64,000 bases of DNA from Octopus sinensis (taxonomy: Eukaryota), in the NCBI RefSeq assembly GCF_006345805.1, contig NC_043013.1, forward strand, positions 8,494,001-8,558,000. Direction: 5' to 3'. Of this stretch, positions 62,718 to 64,000 are shown one piece after another. Made by a program: the position numbers and the translations under genes. Positions within the stretch are counted from its first letter, which is position 1. Every line of letters begins with the position of its first letter. The notes below the pieces were generated by a model. The model saw only the letters and a list, made by a program, of their open reading frames with translations. It ran no database searches and was not told the DNA's origin.

Positions 62718-63262
62718 CCTAATACTCCTAAGAGAGGACATCCATTTTTGATCTCTTTGTATTGACTTTTTACCAAATTTTCTCTTGTTTCTGAATATGT
62801 TTCCACCAATTATTGTTAGTTGTCTTCGACAAAGACTTCATTCTGTTTTATGTATCACGAATCTTCTGTTTCCACATCTACCAAGATATTCTTACTAAGA
62901 AACATCAGGAGAATACCATAGAAATGACCTTGTCTGTGAGTCTGATCTGGACAAATCTGGAATATTCTCCAAAATGTCAAATGTTGCTTTCTCATTCAAT
63001 TCAGCCTCATTGATTTTGAAGTATTTTGGAAAAAAATATCTTAAAATTTCCAATCTTCTAAATATTTCTTCATTTTGAAACTATTTGATAATTAATTTGG
63101 TCAGTTTCGTTTAATTTTATGCAATGCAAAATAATATTTATAAAAGAAAAAAAAAGAATGTGTTGTAGATTTTTAAAAATGTTTTCTCTTTCTTCGTTTA
63201 AGATTTTCTATTTGATATTTGAACTAATTCTTATGTATTTGATATGTGAACTGCTTTCTATC

Positions 63263-63455
63263 TACAGAGTCTGCCAAAAGAATGTATACACACTTCAGGA
63301 AAGGAAAACTCTGTGTAAATATTTAACTTGTATAAGTACCTCTATAAATATAGATACTTATTTCGATGTTGTATCAAATTGCAATAACACTGAAAATTTT
63401 TATACAGATTTTTCCATTGCTAAAGTCTATGTACATTGCTTTGGCAGGCTCTGTA
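63263..63455. mobile_element. Tc1/mariner-type MITE
   Basis: TIRs TACAGAGTCTGCCAAAAGAATGTATAC / GTACATTGCTTTGGCAGGCTCTGTA with TA ends. Confidence 0.8.
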
Positions 63456-63544
63456 ATTGTTAACTAAAGCTAGGCATAAGTGAATGTCTGCTCCTGAAAC
63501 TATATAATCACTGTAGTGATATATGAATTCATTCCCTGATATCT

Positions 63545-63760
63545 TGTATCTTTTATTGGTTTGTCATTAGACTGTGGCCATGCTGGGGCACCACCTTGAA
63601 GAATTTTTAGTCAAATGAATCGACTCCAGTACATATTTTTTCAAGCCTGGTACTTATTCTATCAGTCTGTTAGGCCAAACTGCTAAGTTACGGGGACACA
63701 AACACACCAACGTCAGTTGTCAAGTGGTGGTGTGAGGCAAACACAGACACAAAGACACAT

Positions 63761-63797
<37 letters not shown>

Positions 63798-64000
63798 ATA
63801 GGCTTCTTACAGTTTCTTATTTCTTTATTGCCCACAAGAGGCTAAACATAGAGGGGACAAACAAGGACAGACAAACAGATTAAGTCCATTATATCGACCC
63901 CAGTGCGTAACTGGTACTTATTTAATTGACCCCGAAAGGATGAAAGGCAAAGTCGAGCTCGGCAGAATTTGAACTCAGAACGTAGCGGCAGATGAAATAC
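63545..64000 (-). mobile_element. SINE family A 3' half with a nested family B SINE running off the window
   Basis: Family matches on the minus strand. Confidence 0.8.

Overview
AT-rich, microsatellite- and retroposon-dense eukaryotic DNA. It is most likely an Octopus genome; this is inferred from the SINE families and was not checked against a database. Nearly all ORFs in the supplied track are artefacts of microsatellites or SINEs. One host gene is supported on the + strand, a synaptotagmin-14/16-like gene. Its start exon (ATG at 24049, MSTINS-, phase 1) splices in frame across a ~36.6 kb intron to a 117-nt transmembrane exon (60701-60817, VPTQAIIFLVVVGGCLVFLIILYIFLEKKSCF). The rest is tRNA-derived SINEs, RTE, CR1/L2, R4/Dong and Penelope remnants, Tc1/mariner, hAT and other DNA-transposon relics, three non-autonomous Helitrons and a 13-bp satellite. 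The main unexpected signal is at least eight well-formed, sequence-unrelated type I hammerhead ribozyme motifs plus a few degenerate ones. They sit in short AT-rich elements, several of them foldbacks, usually next to (TA)n tracts. They carry short, mostly palindromic stem III sequences, and the catalytic 3-8 tertiary pair occurs as C-G, U-A and A-U within this one window.
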